A stretch of 61,486 nt of DNA from an uncultured Candidatus Saccharibacteria bacterium. GTDB lineage: Bacteria > Patescibacteriota > SICC01 > CAYSOT01. The stretch lies in assembly GCA_964432765.1 (NCBI GenBank), contig CAYSOT010000003.1, positions 1-61,486 on the forward strand, in the 5' to 3' direction. The notes under the pieces were generated by a model. That model saw only the letters and a program-made list of their open reading frames with translations, made no database searches and was not told the origin of the DNA. Both the position numbers and the translations under genes were made by a program. Positions within the stretch are counted from its first letter, which is position 1. Each line of letters opens with the position of its first letter. Of this stretch, positions 36,249 through 46,458 are shown piece after piece.

Positions 36249-36284
36249 GTTGGTCTCTGTCTGCCCGCAGTATAGACGTTAGGT

Positions 36285-37070
36285 CTACTTGGGGCTATCG
36301 AGCTTAAAGAAAGATCTGGCATTACTAGAAGTAACTTTATCTAGTTCTTTATAAGAGATGTTTCTTAGCTCGGCTAGGCACTGCGCGCTTTCCGTGACGT
36401 AAGCCGGCTCATTACGCTGCCCTCGCTTCGACTGAGGCGGCAAGAAAGGCGCATCAGTCTCCAACATTATTCGTTCAAGCGGTATGTTTGCCGCAACCGC
36501 ACGGAGTTCGTCGTTCTTTGGATAGGTTAGCGTCGCGGTAAATGAGATCATCAAGCCTAGCCCCACGATTTCGTCTGCAAATTCCTGCGATCCTTCAAAA
36601 CAGTGAACTACGGCGCCGGCGGGCTGTGCGGCGCCAGAAAAAATTTCGCGGAGCGTCTCAAGTGTTTCTGCTTGGGCAGCTCGCGTGTGAACTATCAACG
36701 GAAGCTTCAGGTCCGCAGCGATCCTTGATTGAGCCAGGAAAGCTCGGCGCTGCAGTTTTAGGTCAGGATTTTCATCATGAAACAGATCAATGCCTGTTTC
36801 GCCAATTGCTACCGCACCTTCTGTTTCTGCCAGGCTTTGCAGTTGTGAAAGTGCTGTTTGGTCGACAGTGTCGGAGGCGTCGGGATGAATGCCAACGGCT
36901 GGATATACATACGGATAGCGAGCCGCAATAGACGCCGTTTTTCGACTTGCCTCGAGTGATGTTCCAACAGTAATTATCTGGCCTACTCCTCTCTGCTTGG
37001 CACGTGCAATGACTTCTTCAACTTCGCCGTGGTATCGATCAAAGTCGAGATGAGCATGAGTATCAATCAT
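36285..37070 (-). CDS. tatD: TatD family nuclease
   Basis: DTHAHL, IGETG, VHTR, VHCF, ETDAPF. Confidence 0.96.
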   Translation of the reverse strand: MIDTHAHLDFDRYHGEVEEVIARAKQRGVGQIITVGTSLEASRKTASIAARYPYVYPAVGIHPDASDTVDQTALSQLQSLAETEGAVAIGETGIDLFHDENPDLKLQRRAFLAQSRIAADLKLPLIVHTRAAQAETLETLREIFSGAAQPAGAVVHCFEGSQEFADEIVGLGLMISFTATLTYPKNDELRAVAANIPLERIMLETDAPFLPPQSKRGQRNEPAYVTESAQCLAELRNISYKELDKVTSSNARSFFKLDSPK

Positions 37071-38215
37071 CTAACTTTCCTCATCGCGTAAATTCCGGGA
37101 AGTGCTAGCAAAAATCCAATGAGAAGCGTCAGCTTGTCGCTCGCGATAAGACTTACGAAGGCCAGAAGAGTAAATAGTATGAAGTACCCCATGCCATTCG
37201 CCATCTGAATCACCGTAAGATACTCAAGCCGCGGCTCTTCGTCTGCGTGTTTGTAATAACGACTGAAATAGGGGGTATAGACATACGCACTCCCGATACC
37301 AGTCAGTGTGTTGATTCCGGCGACGTGACCAGCTGTCGAGGCGGCAAGTCTCAACGTACTGCCAGTCAACATTAACCTTGATCCTCGGATGATGTAGGGA
37401 CGTTCACCCTTTGTATCTTCACGCCTGCCAACGTAAAGCGAGACGAGTATACTCGCAAAGACAATTAGTGACGAAACAAGACCAATCCCGGCGTATCCGA
37501 CTATGATCAGCGATATAAAAAGGGGCCAAATCACTGCATCTACCGCGGCATTGACGGTAAAACCGAATGCGGCAAGTAAGTCCCGCCGGATCTTGCCAAG
37601 ATCGAGAAGCCTGAAGTTCAGCGGGCGACGAGTAACAATTTCTGGTCCTGATAGAAGTGGGAAAATAGCAACAATACCAAGCGCGATAGTAATCGCGTAC
37701 ACAACTGACATGCCATAGATTTGAGCTATCAATCCCCCAATAACCGGGGCTGCGCCATGACTAAACATGATTAAGGCATTCATCAGACCGACTTGCTGAC
37801 CTGCTTTCTTGGGCGACTTGGCTTTAGAGAAATTGATTCGAAATGACGTCATGTAAAATGCGCTTTCCATCCCGTTAACCGCTGCCGTGGCGTAAAAGAG
37901 CCAGGAGTGTTCTTTCAAAAGCACAAGCAGAATGAAGAACGATACGTTAATCAGGTTGGCAATTGCTAGGACCCTATTTGCACCGATCCGCCCAATTAGT
38001 CTTCCGGCAAGAGGTGAGCAAAGTGACCAAAACAGGCCACTGAGCGCGAAAAATATAAACACCTGCAGCAGCGTAAAATCAATGCGCAACAAATAGATAG
38101 GAATGAAAATTACTGCCAGGTAGGAACCAAAGGCAGCAATCGTATGCGACCAGTAGAGACGTTTTACTTCTGAGAGACGGTGCAAATGGTGCTGCTCGTG
38201 ATGTGGTAGGTGCAT
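37067..38215 (-). CDS. MFS transporter (paralog 1)
   Basis: About 11-12 hydrophobic segments; GRIGANR loop motif. Confidence 0.85.
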   Translation of the reverse strand: MHLPHHEQHHLHRLSEVKRLYWSHTIAAFGSYLAVIFIPIYLLRIDFTLLQVFIFFALSGLFWSLCSPLAGRLIGRIGANRVLAIANLINVSFFILLVLLKEHSWLFYATAAVNGMESAFYMTSFRINFSKAKSPKKAGQQVGLMNALIMFSHGAAPVIGGLIAQIYGMSVVYAITIALGIVAIFPLLSGPEIVTRRPLNFRLLDLGKIRRDLLAAFGFTVNAAVDAVIWPLFISLIIVGYAGIGLVSSLIVFASILVSLYVGRREDTKGERPYIIRGSRLMLTGSTLRLAASTAGHVAGINTLTGIGSAYVYTPYFSRYYKHADEEPRLEYLTVIQMANGMGYFILFTLLAFVSLIASDKLTLLIGFLLALPGIYAMRKVR

Positions 38216-39375
38216 TATCGAATGTACCGAACAGCAAAACTGGCCGGTCCTCCAATAAGCAAGGCAATCAGTAATACCGATTTATCATCGAAGAAATACG
38301 TCAGCGCGAGTAAAAGCAGCAACAGTAAGACACAGGCGCTGGATGCTGCAAAATTCATCCAATAAACATACTCGACTGACGGTCGTTCGCGAATATGTCT
38401 GTAATACTCCGTAACATAGGGAGTCTCAGTGAGGGCATGTCCGAGACCTGCCAGGATATTAACTCCCGCTACCCCACTCGCCCCCTGAGCGCCGATGCGA
38501 ACCGTATTGACGGCCGTCATCAGGACCGATCCTTCACGTAGATAATGTTTAGAGCCTCGCTTATCCTCTCTCCAGCCTACGTAGAGAGATACTATGATCG
38601 AGCTTGTGATGATAACCGAGCTCAACGCGCCAACACCCGCATATGTAGGCACGTAAATGAAGATAAATAATGTCCAAAACCAACCCGATATGTCTGCTTC
38701 AATTTCCGATGACCCATTCGCAATAAGGTAACGACGAATAGTCTTCGGCGAAACAATCTCGGGACGGAAATCTTGCTTCTTCCAACGCCCACGTAGCTCC
38801 CAGAGTGCGAGCGATGCCAGAAGTATGATTACCCCGCTCGCTCCATACAACACAACAATCCCAGCCTCCTGGGCAATAATTCCTCCAACTAAAGGCGCGG
38901 CGGCACTGCTTGCCAGCACAATCCCCGAGACGATCGCGATGTCTTTTCCAGCTTGCTTTGGCGGAAGCGACGTAGCAAAGGCTACGCGCATTCCCTGCCA
39001 ATACTGGGCAACAAAGATTCCCCACAACGCCGCACTTGGTAGAAACCAACAGCTCGATGGCGGAATGAAAGCGATAGCCAAAACCCAGAGTATCGTCAGC
39101 GGAAGACTTGCCGCCATGGACGCAACCGGACCAAAGCGAGCATTGAAACGGGCGGCTGGCCGCAGGACCAGTACCCAAGTCGCAGCCATGATCAGAAAGT
39201 AAAGTATTATTTCACGCAGACTGTAGCCAGAGATCCCTAAATAGAGTGGCAAAATAAGCCCGGCCATGGAAATGCCTGTCATGCGCAATGTATGTGCAAG
39301 TGTCAGCTCAAGCACCACGTTTTTCGTCATCGTGGAGTGATGAACTTGGTGCCGATGAATATGAGCGTCGCTCAT
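38215..39375 (-). CDS. MFS transporter (paralog 2)
   Basis: Multi-TM; ARFG loop; shares the YYRH motif with its neighbours. Confidence 0.85.
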   Translation of the reverse strand: MSDAHIHRHQVHHSTMTKNVVLELTLAHTLRMTGISMAGLILPLYLGISGYSLREIILYFLIMAATWVLVLRPAARFNARFGPVASMAASLPLTILWVLAIAFIPPSSCWFLPSAALWGIFVAQYWQGMRVAFATSLPPKQAGKDIAIVSGIVLASSAAAPLVGGIIAQEAGIVVLYGASGVIILLASLALWELRGRWKKQDFRPEIVSPKTIRRYLIANGSSEIEADISGWFWTLFIFIYVPTYAGVGALSSVIITSSIIVSLYVGWREDKRGSKHYLREGSVLMTAVNTVRIGAQGASGVAGVNILAGLGHALTETPYVTEYYRHIRERPSVEYVYWMNFAASSACVLLLLLLLALTYFFDDKSVLLIALLIGGPASFAVRYIR

Positions 39376-40520
39376 CTAATCCTCGTCATTAAGTATCCGG
39401 CTGGAATTGCACAGGCGATCCCAAGGATGTAAATCGCATGCGCGGGTATGAAGAGCGAAAGCAGTACAAGCAATAGTAGAAATATTAGGGCTGTCGCCTC
39501 GTGTGCCATCTCAATAGCTGCGATGTATTCATAACGTGGTGATTCGTCGGCGTGCCGATAATAGCGATCCATGAACGGAGTAACATAGAGCGATTTCCCG
39601 ACACCTGTGAAAAGATTCGCTCCAAAGACGTGAAGGCCGTTTTGTGCCAAAAGGCGAATTAAACTTGCCACATTGATAAATCCGTATCCTTCCCACAAGA
39701 AGTGTCTAACTCCCTTGCGCTGCTGCCTCCAACCTACATACAGAGAAGCCGCCGTTGCCCCAATTGTCACTACCGATGAAAGAATTCCTACCCCTGCGTA
39801 GCTTGAGATAAACGCGTACACAGCAATTGGCCAAATAATCGAGTCAGCAACATAGAGCATCCCATTTCCACCATTACCAATCATGTCGTCGCGATACTTT
39901 TTCCATTTAAACTGAGACATATCGATGCTGCGACGCTTTACGATTTCGTGATTACCAAGGAGCGGCAGGCTGGCAATTAGCATTACTGCTGCGGCCACAG
40001 CGTACGTCACGGTGATCCCGGTTGTAGTTGCGATTATTCCACCGATTGCGGGGGCTAGCCCAGTTACTATCGCCATAACCGCATAAAGCATTCCGATTTG
40101 TTTGCTTGATTTCTCGTGGGCGCGAGCCTTGGAGAAGTTGGCGTGAAAAGCTGCCCAATAAATTGCTCGTGAGAAGCCGCCCGGCAGTGCCGCGAACAAC
40201 CACCACGACCCGAGCTGACTAATGAATGGGAGGAGCGCAAACTGCATCACCATGAGGATGTTCCCTATGACCATGCCATGATTTGCCCCGATTTTGCCGA
40301 TAATCCGCAGCGAGAGTGTTTGAGTCACAAGTGAAGCCAGCTGTCCCCACGCCATGAAAAGCAGGACTTGGGTAAGACTATATCCTTTCGTAAGAAGAAA
40401 GATGGGGATAAATAGTCCAACAATCCCGAAGCTCATCGTCGTGAGCGAATGCACCCAAAACATTCGCCTTAGTTCCGTCAGACGAGGGAGATGGTAATGA
40501 ATGTGGTAGTGGTCAGCCAT
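39372..40520 (-). CDS. MFS transporter (paralog 3)
   Basis: Multi-TM; GKIGANH loop; YYRHADESPR. Confidence 0.85.
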   Translation of the reverse strand: MADHYHIHYHLPRLTELRRMFWVHSLTTMSFGIVGLFIPIFLLTKGYSLTQVLLFMAWGQLASLVTQTLSLRIIGKIGANHGMVIGNILMVMQFALLPFISQLGSWWLFAALPGGFSRAIYWAAFHANFSKARAHEKSSKQIGMLYAVMAIVTGLAPAIGGIIATTTGITVTYAVAAAVMLIASLPLLGNHEIVKRRSIDMSQFKWKKYRDDMIGNGGNGMLYVADSIIWPIAVYAFISSYAGVGILSSVVTIGATAASLYVGWRQQRKGVRHFLWEGYGFINVASLIRLLAQNGLHVFGANLFTGVGKSLYVTPFMDRYYRHADESPRYEYIAAIEMAHEATALIFLLLLVLLSLFIPAHAIYILGIACAIPAGYLMTRIR

Positions 40521-41127
40521 GATTCTTTGGGAAGAGCGGATTACCGCGGACTACCTTTACCCCTGCTGGCAGCTTCTCCCAAGCAGTAATGTCGCCCAAA
40601 TTTTGAACGGTTTCCGATATTCCGATCCGACGTTGTAATTCCTCGGCTGTATTTGGCAAAATCGGTGCATAGAGCACAGCCAAGTTTCCAACCACCTGGG
40701 CCAAAGTGAAAAGAGTATTAGCTTTTTCTTGCCCCTCTTGTCTGAATGGCTGCTTCTGCTCGATATACTTATTAGCTCGCGATGTAAGTGCGTGTATTGC
40801 TTCAATCCCCTCGGCCAAACGACATTCATCGAAGAGAAGTTTGACTCGTTGCCACGTTTGGCCAATTTCCTCTCGCACTTCGGGGTCTATTTCCCCTTTT
40901 GGCACAAACCCCTCGTAGCCGGAATCAATCATCGCGATGACACGGGAGGCAAGATTCCCGAAATCGTTGGCGAGCTCGGAATCATATACTTCATTAAAGT
41001 GATTTTCCGAGTAATCACCGTCGCCCGCGAAAGGAAGCGCTCTGGTTAGGTAATACCTCACAGGATCGACTCCTTTTTCTTCAAACAGCTTGAAGGGATC
41101 AATCACATTACCTTTTGATTTACTCAT
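40513..41127 (-). CDS. metG: Methionine--tRNA ligase, C-terminal (anticodon-binding) part
   Basis: MSKSKGNVIDP...VRYYL...LANDFGNLASR...NKYIEQKQPF. Confidence 0.85.
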   Translation of the reverse strand: MSKSKGNVIDPFKLFEEKGVDPVRYYLTRALPFAGDGDYSENHFNEVYDSELANDFGNLASRVIAMIDSGYEGFVPKGEIDPEVREEIGQTWQRVKLLFDECRLAEGIEAIHALTSRANKYIEQKQPFRQEGQEKANTLFTLAQVVGNLAVLYAPILPNTAEELQRRIGISETVQNLGDITAWEKLPAGVKVVRGNPLFPKNHG

Positions 41128-41159
41128 TTTTTGACCTTTTGCATCGACTTACTCATTTT
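41110..41159 (-). repeat. Diverged tandem duplication encoding KMSKS twice (29-nt period)
   Basis: AAAATGAGTAAGTC-GATGC-AAAAGGT-CAA, then AAAATGAGTAAATC-AAAAGGT. Confidence 0.9.
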
Positions 41160-42056
41160 TGCGCCATCAATGGTGATGTGACCGTGCACATAGAGAAGTT
41201 TAGGCAGCGGTATTCCTGCACCCATGAGCATTGCGGGCCAGATAGCAGCATGAAAACGTATGATATCTTTCCCGATGATGTGTACGTTTGCTGGCCAGAA
41301 ACGCGAGAAGAGCGCTTCATCCCAACCATAACCGATGCCAGTTAGATAGTTTGTTAACGCATCGCACCACACATACATTCGCTGCGACTCGTCACCCGGA
41401 ACAGGTACCCCCATCGTCAGCTTGTCGGCGGGCCTTGAGAAACTAACATCCTGGAGCCCCTCTTTAAGGAGTCCTAGAATTTCATTGCGCCTTGTTTCTG
41501 GTTGAATCTGAAATTCACCGGAGTGGATAGCATCGGCAATTTTATCGGTGAAGGCGGAGAGTTTGAATAAGTAATTCTCCTCGCTTCTATGCTCGAGGGG
41601 CGTTTGATGTACCGGACAAAGGTTATCGACAATTTCTTTCTCCGTGTAAAACTGCTCACAGTCGACGCAATAACTTCCTGAATATTCCCCTTTGTAGATA
41701 TAGCCCGCTTGATCAAGCGCTTGCCAGACCTTTGTTGCCCCTGGATGATGGTGCCCTTCGTCTGTTGTGCGAATAAAAGCATCGTTGGTCACTTCGGCAA
41801 CTTCTGTCAGACGCTTAAACTCGCTGGCATATTTATTCGCGAGTTCCTTTGGCTCAATATTTTCTTTTTGAGCGACCTTAATCAACTTGAGTGTGTTTTC
41901 GTCCGTACCGGTCAAAAAGAACGTGTCGTCACCAAGCAAACGATGCCACCTGGCTAAAACGTCCACTTGTAGAAGCTCGATCGCGAAACCAATGTGCGGC
42001 GCACCATTCACATACGGGATAGACGTCGTTATGTAATATTTATTGGTTTTTGTCAT
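41124..42056 (-). CDS. metG: Methionine--tRNA ligase, N-terminal catalytic part
   Basis: YYITTSIPYVNGAPHIGF, GTDE, YCVDCE..CPVH knuckle, YVWCDAL, GKDIIRFH, KMSKS then stop. Confidence 0.9.
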   Translation of the reverse strand: MTKTNKYYITTSIPYVNGAPHIGFAIELLQVDVLARWHRLLGDDTFFLTGTDENTLKLIKVAQKENIEPKELANKYASEFKRLTEVAEVTNDAFIRTTDEGHHHPGATKVWQALDQAGYIYKGEYSGSYCVDCEQFYTEKEIVDNLCPVHQTPLEHRSEENYLFKLSAFTDKIADAIHSGEFQIQPETRRNEILGLLKEGLQDVSFSRPADKLTMGVPVPGDESQRMYVWCDALTNYLTGIGYGWDEALFSRFWPANVHIIGKDIIRFHAAIWPAMLMGAGIPLPKLLYVHGHITIDGAKMSKSMQKVKK

Positions 42057-42095
42057 CAGCTTCTATTGTAGAGAAGCAATGAGCAATCGGAAACG

Positions 42096-42764
42096 CTAGA
42101 CTGTCACAATCACAACAACTTCGCCGCGTGGTTGGTTGAGCCTATAGTGCTCAGCAAGCTCTGAAGGAGTGGCTGATTTAAACTCTTCGTGGATTTTGGT
42201 TAGCTCTCTGGCCACCACTACTGAAGCAGTGGGGTGGCGTTCTTCCAAACTATCGAGCAGCTTCACGAGACGATGCGGTGATTCAAAGAGTACCACTGGC
42301 TGAACGCACCCAGCTAATGCGTCCAGTTTCGTCTGTCTTCCTTTCTTGTGTGGCAGGAATCCAAGAAATGTAAATGAATCTGCATTAATGCCGGCGGCAG
42401 ATAATGCGGTCACTACCGCCGATGCCCCAGGGATAGGAACGACTGGATGCCCAGCCTCACGGACCCTTTTTACGAGCTCGCCACCAGGATCGCTGATCGA
42501 TGGCGTCCCGGCATCACTCACCTGCGCAACTGGTCCATCCTGCAGTGCAGCAATTACGTCTGAAAACCTTCGCTCCGAACTATGAGCATGAAACGAGCGC
42601 AGCGGCGTAGCCAGTCCGTGGATTGCAAATAGCTTGCGCGTTGTTCTCGTATCTTCCGCAAAGACAATCGTCACTTCACGGAGCACCCTTAGAGCGCGCA
42701 GGGTTATATCCTCGGCGTTGCCTATCGGCGTCGCTACCACATAGAGCGGGTGCTTTTCAGCCAT
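42096..42764 (-). CDS. rsmI: 16S rRNA C1402 2'-O-methyltransferase RsmI
   Basis: LYVVATPIGN, AEDTR, VSDAGTPSISDPG, FESPHR, RELTKIHEE. Confidence 0.97.
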   Translation of the reverse strand: MAEKHPLYVVATPIGNAEDITLRALRVLREVTIVFAEDTRTTRKLFAIHGLATPLRSFHAHSSERRFSDVIAALQDGPVAQVSDAGTPSISDPGGELVKRVREAGHPVVPIPGASAVVTALSAAGINADSFTFLGFLPHKKGRQTKLDALAGCVQPVVLFESPHRLVKLLDSLEERHPTASVVVARELTKIHEEFKSATPSELAEHYRLNQPRGEVVVIVTV

Positions 42765-43422
42765 GCAGAGCCTCGCGAATGGGAGCTAGTTGTCGACGCG
42801 GCGCTAGGGCGCAGTCATTGTGTGTGCCGGGTATCTCGGTAACTTTCACGTTTTGGTATCGGGTGTGAATGCGCTCGAAATGCTCTGATGGAATAATTTC
42901 TTCATCCTGTGGCTGTAGTATAACCGCGCTTCGCAGCCTTCCTAGCTGGCGCGAAAGATCAATTCGACCGGCCCAGCTATAGAGAGCCCGAGCTCTCTGT
43001 GGGTTAAGTATTTCTATCCGATACAACAATGCGCGTAGCAAATGAAGCGGATGTCCACCGAGAAGTGAATTACGAATTGCACGCAGGCGCGCGTAGCGCC
43101 GCCGCTTTCGTATGAATGGAAACATCACGGGCGCAATCGCGACAACGCGCTTGACGCGATCAGGATTTGAAGCCGCGTAGTGGAGCGCGGTTGCCCCACC
43201 CATTGAATGTCCGAGCAAGGTAAATGATTCATTGGGCGCAACTGCTTCGACGGCGCACTCAAAGAAATGCCAATCGAGTTTGCGCGGCAGCTGCAGGGGA
43301 TGGTCTGCCCATCGGATATCAAATTCACGAGACAATTTTTTAAGAAGCGGTCGGTACGTACGCCCGCGAGCCCCAAGACCTGGGAGAAAGATCACAACCG
43401 GCTTAGACTGCTTACTTTGCAT
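42757..43422 (-). CDS. Alpha/beta hydrolase
   Basis: FLPGLG, LLGHSMGG, DEII, GTHN. Confidence 0.88.
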   Translation of the reverse strand: MQSKQSKPVVIFLPGLGARGRTYRPLLKKLSREFDIRWADHPLQLPRKLDWHFFECAVEAVAPNESFTLLGHSMGGATALHYAASNPDRVKRVVAIAPVMFPFIRKRRRYARLRAIRNSLLGGHPLHLLRALLYRIEILNPQRARALYSWAGRIDLSRQLGRLRSAVILQPQDEEIIPSEHFERIHTRYQNVKVTEIPGTHNDCALAPRRQLAPIREALHG

Positions 43423-44212
43423 AGGCTTGGCCTAATGCTACCCATTCAGAAATAGTTAAGGTTTCAGCTCGACGTCTCGGATCAATTTTTATATCCTCTA
43501 GAATCTTTAGGGCATCCTCGTGGCTTAATTCGAGGTTACGCGCAAGTGTATTGTGGAGCTGCTTTCGCTTCTCAGAGAAACCAGCGCGTACAACCGTAAA
43601 GAAATCTTTTTCAGAAAGGCCGTCAAGCTGCGCTTTTGTCTCTTTGCCAATGTTTTTTATGGTCAATATCGCCGAATCAACCTCTGGCGGGGGCACAAAA
43701 CTAGTACGAGGTATGATACTTGCTATCTGGGGAACTCCGTAAAGCTGAACCGATAACGCTAAAACGCTCATTTTGGGCGGCTTCGCGGTAATGCGTTGCG
43801 CTACTTCCCGCTGCACGGTGAGCGTCATTCGAGTAGGCTTGTTCGAGCACTCCAGAAAATGTCTCAGAATCGCAGATGTAATGTAGTAGGGCACGTTGCT
43901 CACGATACTGTAATGGCTAGGATAACTTGCTGGGTCAATTGCCAATACGTCATTTTCTATAATCTCCACGTTGGAGTGGGTAATGGTAGCACGTTTAAGA
44001 TGTGGGATCATCGCTGGATCCAGCTCAACTGCAATAACTTTTCGCGCCCTATCGGCAATAAGTGGTGTAAGCACTCCTGGGCCAGGTCCGATTTCGATGA
44101 CCGTATCTGAGGATTTAATCTCCGCTGCTTCGATTATTTGCTCAACCGCCTCTTCGTCTGCCAGAAAGTGCTGACCTAGATCTTTTCGCGCCTTGAGTCC
44201 TTGAAACTTCAT
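43412..44212 (-). CDS. rsmA: 16S rRNA dimethyladenosine transferase RsmA/KsgA
   Basis: LGQHFL, EIGPGPG, SNVPYYIT, PPPEVDSA. Confidence 0.97.
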   Translation of the reverse strand: MKFQGLKARKDLGQHFLADEEAVEQIIEAAEIKSSDTVIEIGPGPGVLTPLIADRARKVIAVELDPAMIPHLKRATITHSNVEIIENDVLAIDPASYPSHYSIVSNVPYYITSAILRHFLECSNKPTRMTLTVQREVAQRITAKPPKMSVLALSVQLYGVPQIASIIPRTSFVPPPEVDSAILTIKNIGKETKAQLDGLSEKDFFTVVRAGFSEKRKQLHNTLARNLELSHEDALKILEDIKIDPRRRAETLTISEWVALGQAYAK

Positions 44213-46383
44213 GTGACCTTACGCATTAAAGAACTGAATGAGCTTGATAATTTCTTGGTACCAACGGACGCAAATTGTACTGTCAGGACTGTTTCTGAAA
44301 GTTCAGTCACTGTGCCCGGGCCAAACTTCGGGTGCTCTACTTTATCGCCAATTTCTAAGTACTGTGGCTCCTGTGTCTCGTCCGGGTATTCAAATGGTTC
44401 CTGTGAAACCGTGGCTTGTGAGCGGAGGCTCGGTGCCCGGTACCGACCCGCAGGTGCATGAACAAGATGATCCGGTATATCGGATAGAAACCGTGACGGA
44501 AGATTTGCCTGCGGTGTCCCATAAAGCACACGGGATGAAGCATACGTCATGAGCAGCCGCTGCATCGCCCGAGTCATGCCGACGTATGCTAGTCTACGCT
44601 CCTCTTCCATTTCCGATGGGTCAATCAATGATCTCGAGTGCGGAAAGATGCCCTCCTCCATGCCGACCATAATCACGAAGGGAAACTCGAGGCCTTTCGC
44701 AGCATGCAGTGTCATCAGGGTTACAGCCTGGTCTTCATCGTTCATTTCATCGATATCGGTAATAAGTGCGACGTCCTCCAGAAATACGCCGAGAGCCTCA
44801 TACCCTGAGAGATGATCATACCGAGTGGCACCATTTTGTAGCTCGGCGATATTTTCCAAACGCGCGGCCGCCTCGACGCTTTTGTCGTCGATCCATTCTT
44901 CGTATCGAGTTTCCGAAAGAATTGCCGAGATAAGCTCTGCTACTGTTGCGTTTTCAGCCTTGCTTCGAAGATTCCTATACAGCGCATCAAAACGAAGAAC
45001 GGCCCGTCTGCTCGCCGGCGCTAAGGCTGGTATGTCTTCAGCTGCTGAGGTTGCATGGGCCAATGAAATACCACGCTTATCGGCTGCCTCGGTCAATGCG
45101 GCAATGGCCTTATCCCCAATACCTCTTGTGGGCACATTGAGTATTCTTCGGAACGCAACTGTATCGTTCGGATTATTCAGCACGGTGAGATAAGCAAGAA
45201 TATCCTTCACTTCTTTACGCTCATAGAATCGTACTCCTCCGACAATCCGGTACGGAATATGCGATGTTCTTAGAGCTTCTTCAATGGCTCTCGATTGGGC
45301 ATTTGTTCGATAGAGCACGACGACATCACCGTATTTACCGCCGCTTGCCCGATGTCGACGCGCTTCGAGTACTACCACATCGGCCTCATCACGCTCGTTC
45401 AGCGCTTCAAGGACTGTCACCAGTTCGCCGGGTCCAACATCTGTCCAGAGTTTCTTTTCTTTGCGTTGCCTATTTTGCTCAATCACCGCCTGTGCTGCAT
45501 CGAGTATGGTCTGCGTCGAGCGATAGTTACGTTCTAGCTTTATAACGACGGCATCGGGATAGTCTTCTTCAAACTGCAAGATGTTGCGAATGTCAGCACC
45601 GCGCCAGGAATAAATTCCCTGATCGGGGTCACCGACAACGCAGATATTACGATGCTTCTGGACCAACATACGTGTCAGGGTGTATTGCACCTTGTTGGTA
45701 TCTTGGTATTCATCGACCATGACATATTTCCAAAGCCGCTGGTACTTGGCAAGCACGTTTGGGTGGTCGCGGAATAACCGCACGACGTGGACAAGCAAGT
45801 CATCAAAATCTAGTGCGTCATTACGGCGAAGCATCTTTTCATATTCCATAAAAATTCTGGCAATCGTTTCTTGGCTGTAGTTGGCTGCAAGCTCTGTATA
45901 ACGGTCAGCTGAAACGAGCTCATTCTTCGCGGCTGAGATTTCATGTCTGACATAACTTGGGTTGAATTGTTTTTGAGATATCTCAAGCCTGTCCATTGCA
46001 TTCTTAACGGCAACGAGACTGTCGTGAGCATCATAGATTGTAAATCCTGAAGCTAAACCCGCGATCTGTCCGTCGCGACGGAGAATTCGCACGCATATGG
46101 AATGAAACGTCCCAAGAGTCGGTGCTTCATAGGCTCTGCTGCCGCGAGCTGCCTGCTTCAATAGCGCAGCAACGCGCTCTTTCATCTCTCCTGCAGCCTT
46201 GTTTGTAAATGTCACGGCAAGAATATGCATCGGCGACACGTCCTTATCGGTAATAAGGTGTGCGATGCGGTGCGTAAGTGCCTTGGTTTTACCTGAGCCG
46301 GCGCCGGCCAAGATAAGCACAGGACCATCAACCGTTTCGGCAGCACGGCGTTGTTGCTCATTAAGTTGCTTTAGTAAATCCAT
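44209..46383 (-). CDS. pcrA: UvrD/PcrA helicase
   Basis: AGAGSGKT, VDEYQD, GDPDQGIYSWRG, NYRST, TLHAAKGLEF, EEERRLAYVGMTRA. Confidence 0.96.
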   Translation of the reverse strand: MDLLKQLNEQQRRAAETVDGPVLILAGAGSGKTKALTHRIAHLITDKDVSPMHILAVTFTNKAAGEMKERVAALLKQAARGSRAYEAPTLGTFHSICVRILRRDGQIAGLASGFTIYDAHDSLVAVKNAMDRLEISQKQFNPSYVRHEISAAKNELVSADRYTELAANYSQETIARIFMEYEKMLRRNDALDFDDLLVHVVRLFRDHPNVLAKYQRLWKYVMVDEYQDTNKVQYTLTRMLVQKHRNICVVGDPDQGIYSWRGADIRNILQFEEDYPDAVVIKLERNYRSTQTILDAAQAVIEQNRQRKEKKLWTDVGPGELVTVLEALNERDEADVVVLEARRHRASGGKYGDVVVLYRTNAQSRAIEEALRTSHIPYRIVGGVRFYERKEVKDILAYLTVLNNPNDTVAFRRILNVPTRGIGDKAIAALTEAADKRGISLAHATSAAEDIPALAPASRRAVLRFDALYRNLRSKAENATVAELISAILSETRYEEWIDDKSVEAAARLENIAELQNGATRYDHLSGYEALGVFLEDVALITDIDEMNDEDQAVTLMTLHAAKGLEFPFVIMVGMEEGIFPHSRSLIDPSEMEEERRLAYVGMTRAMQRLLMTYASSRVLYGTPQANLPSRFLSDIPDHLVHAPAGRYRAPSLRSQATVSQEPFEYPDETQEPQYLEIGDKVEHPKFGPGTVTELSETVLTVQFASVGTKKLSSSFSSLMRKVT

Positions 46384-46416
46384 ACTTTCTTATTGTAGTT
46401 GGCCTAGGGGAAACCA

Positions 46417-46443
46417 AAAGGGAACGCACTGCGCTCCCTTTTG
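46417..46443. terminator. Probable intrinsic terminator
   Basis: AAAAGGGA-A-CGCA-C-TGCG-C-TCCCTTTT. Confidence 0.6.
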
Positions 46444-46458
46444 TGATGTTGATATGAT

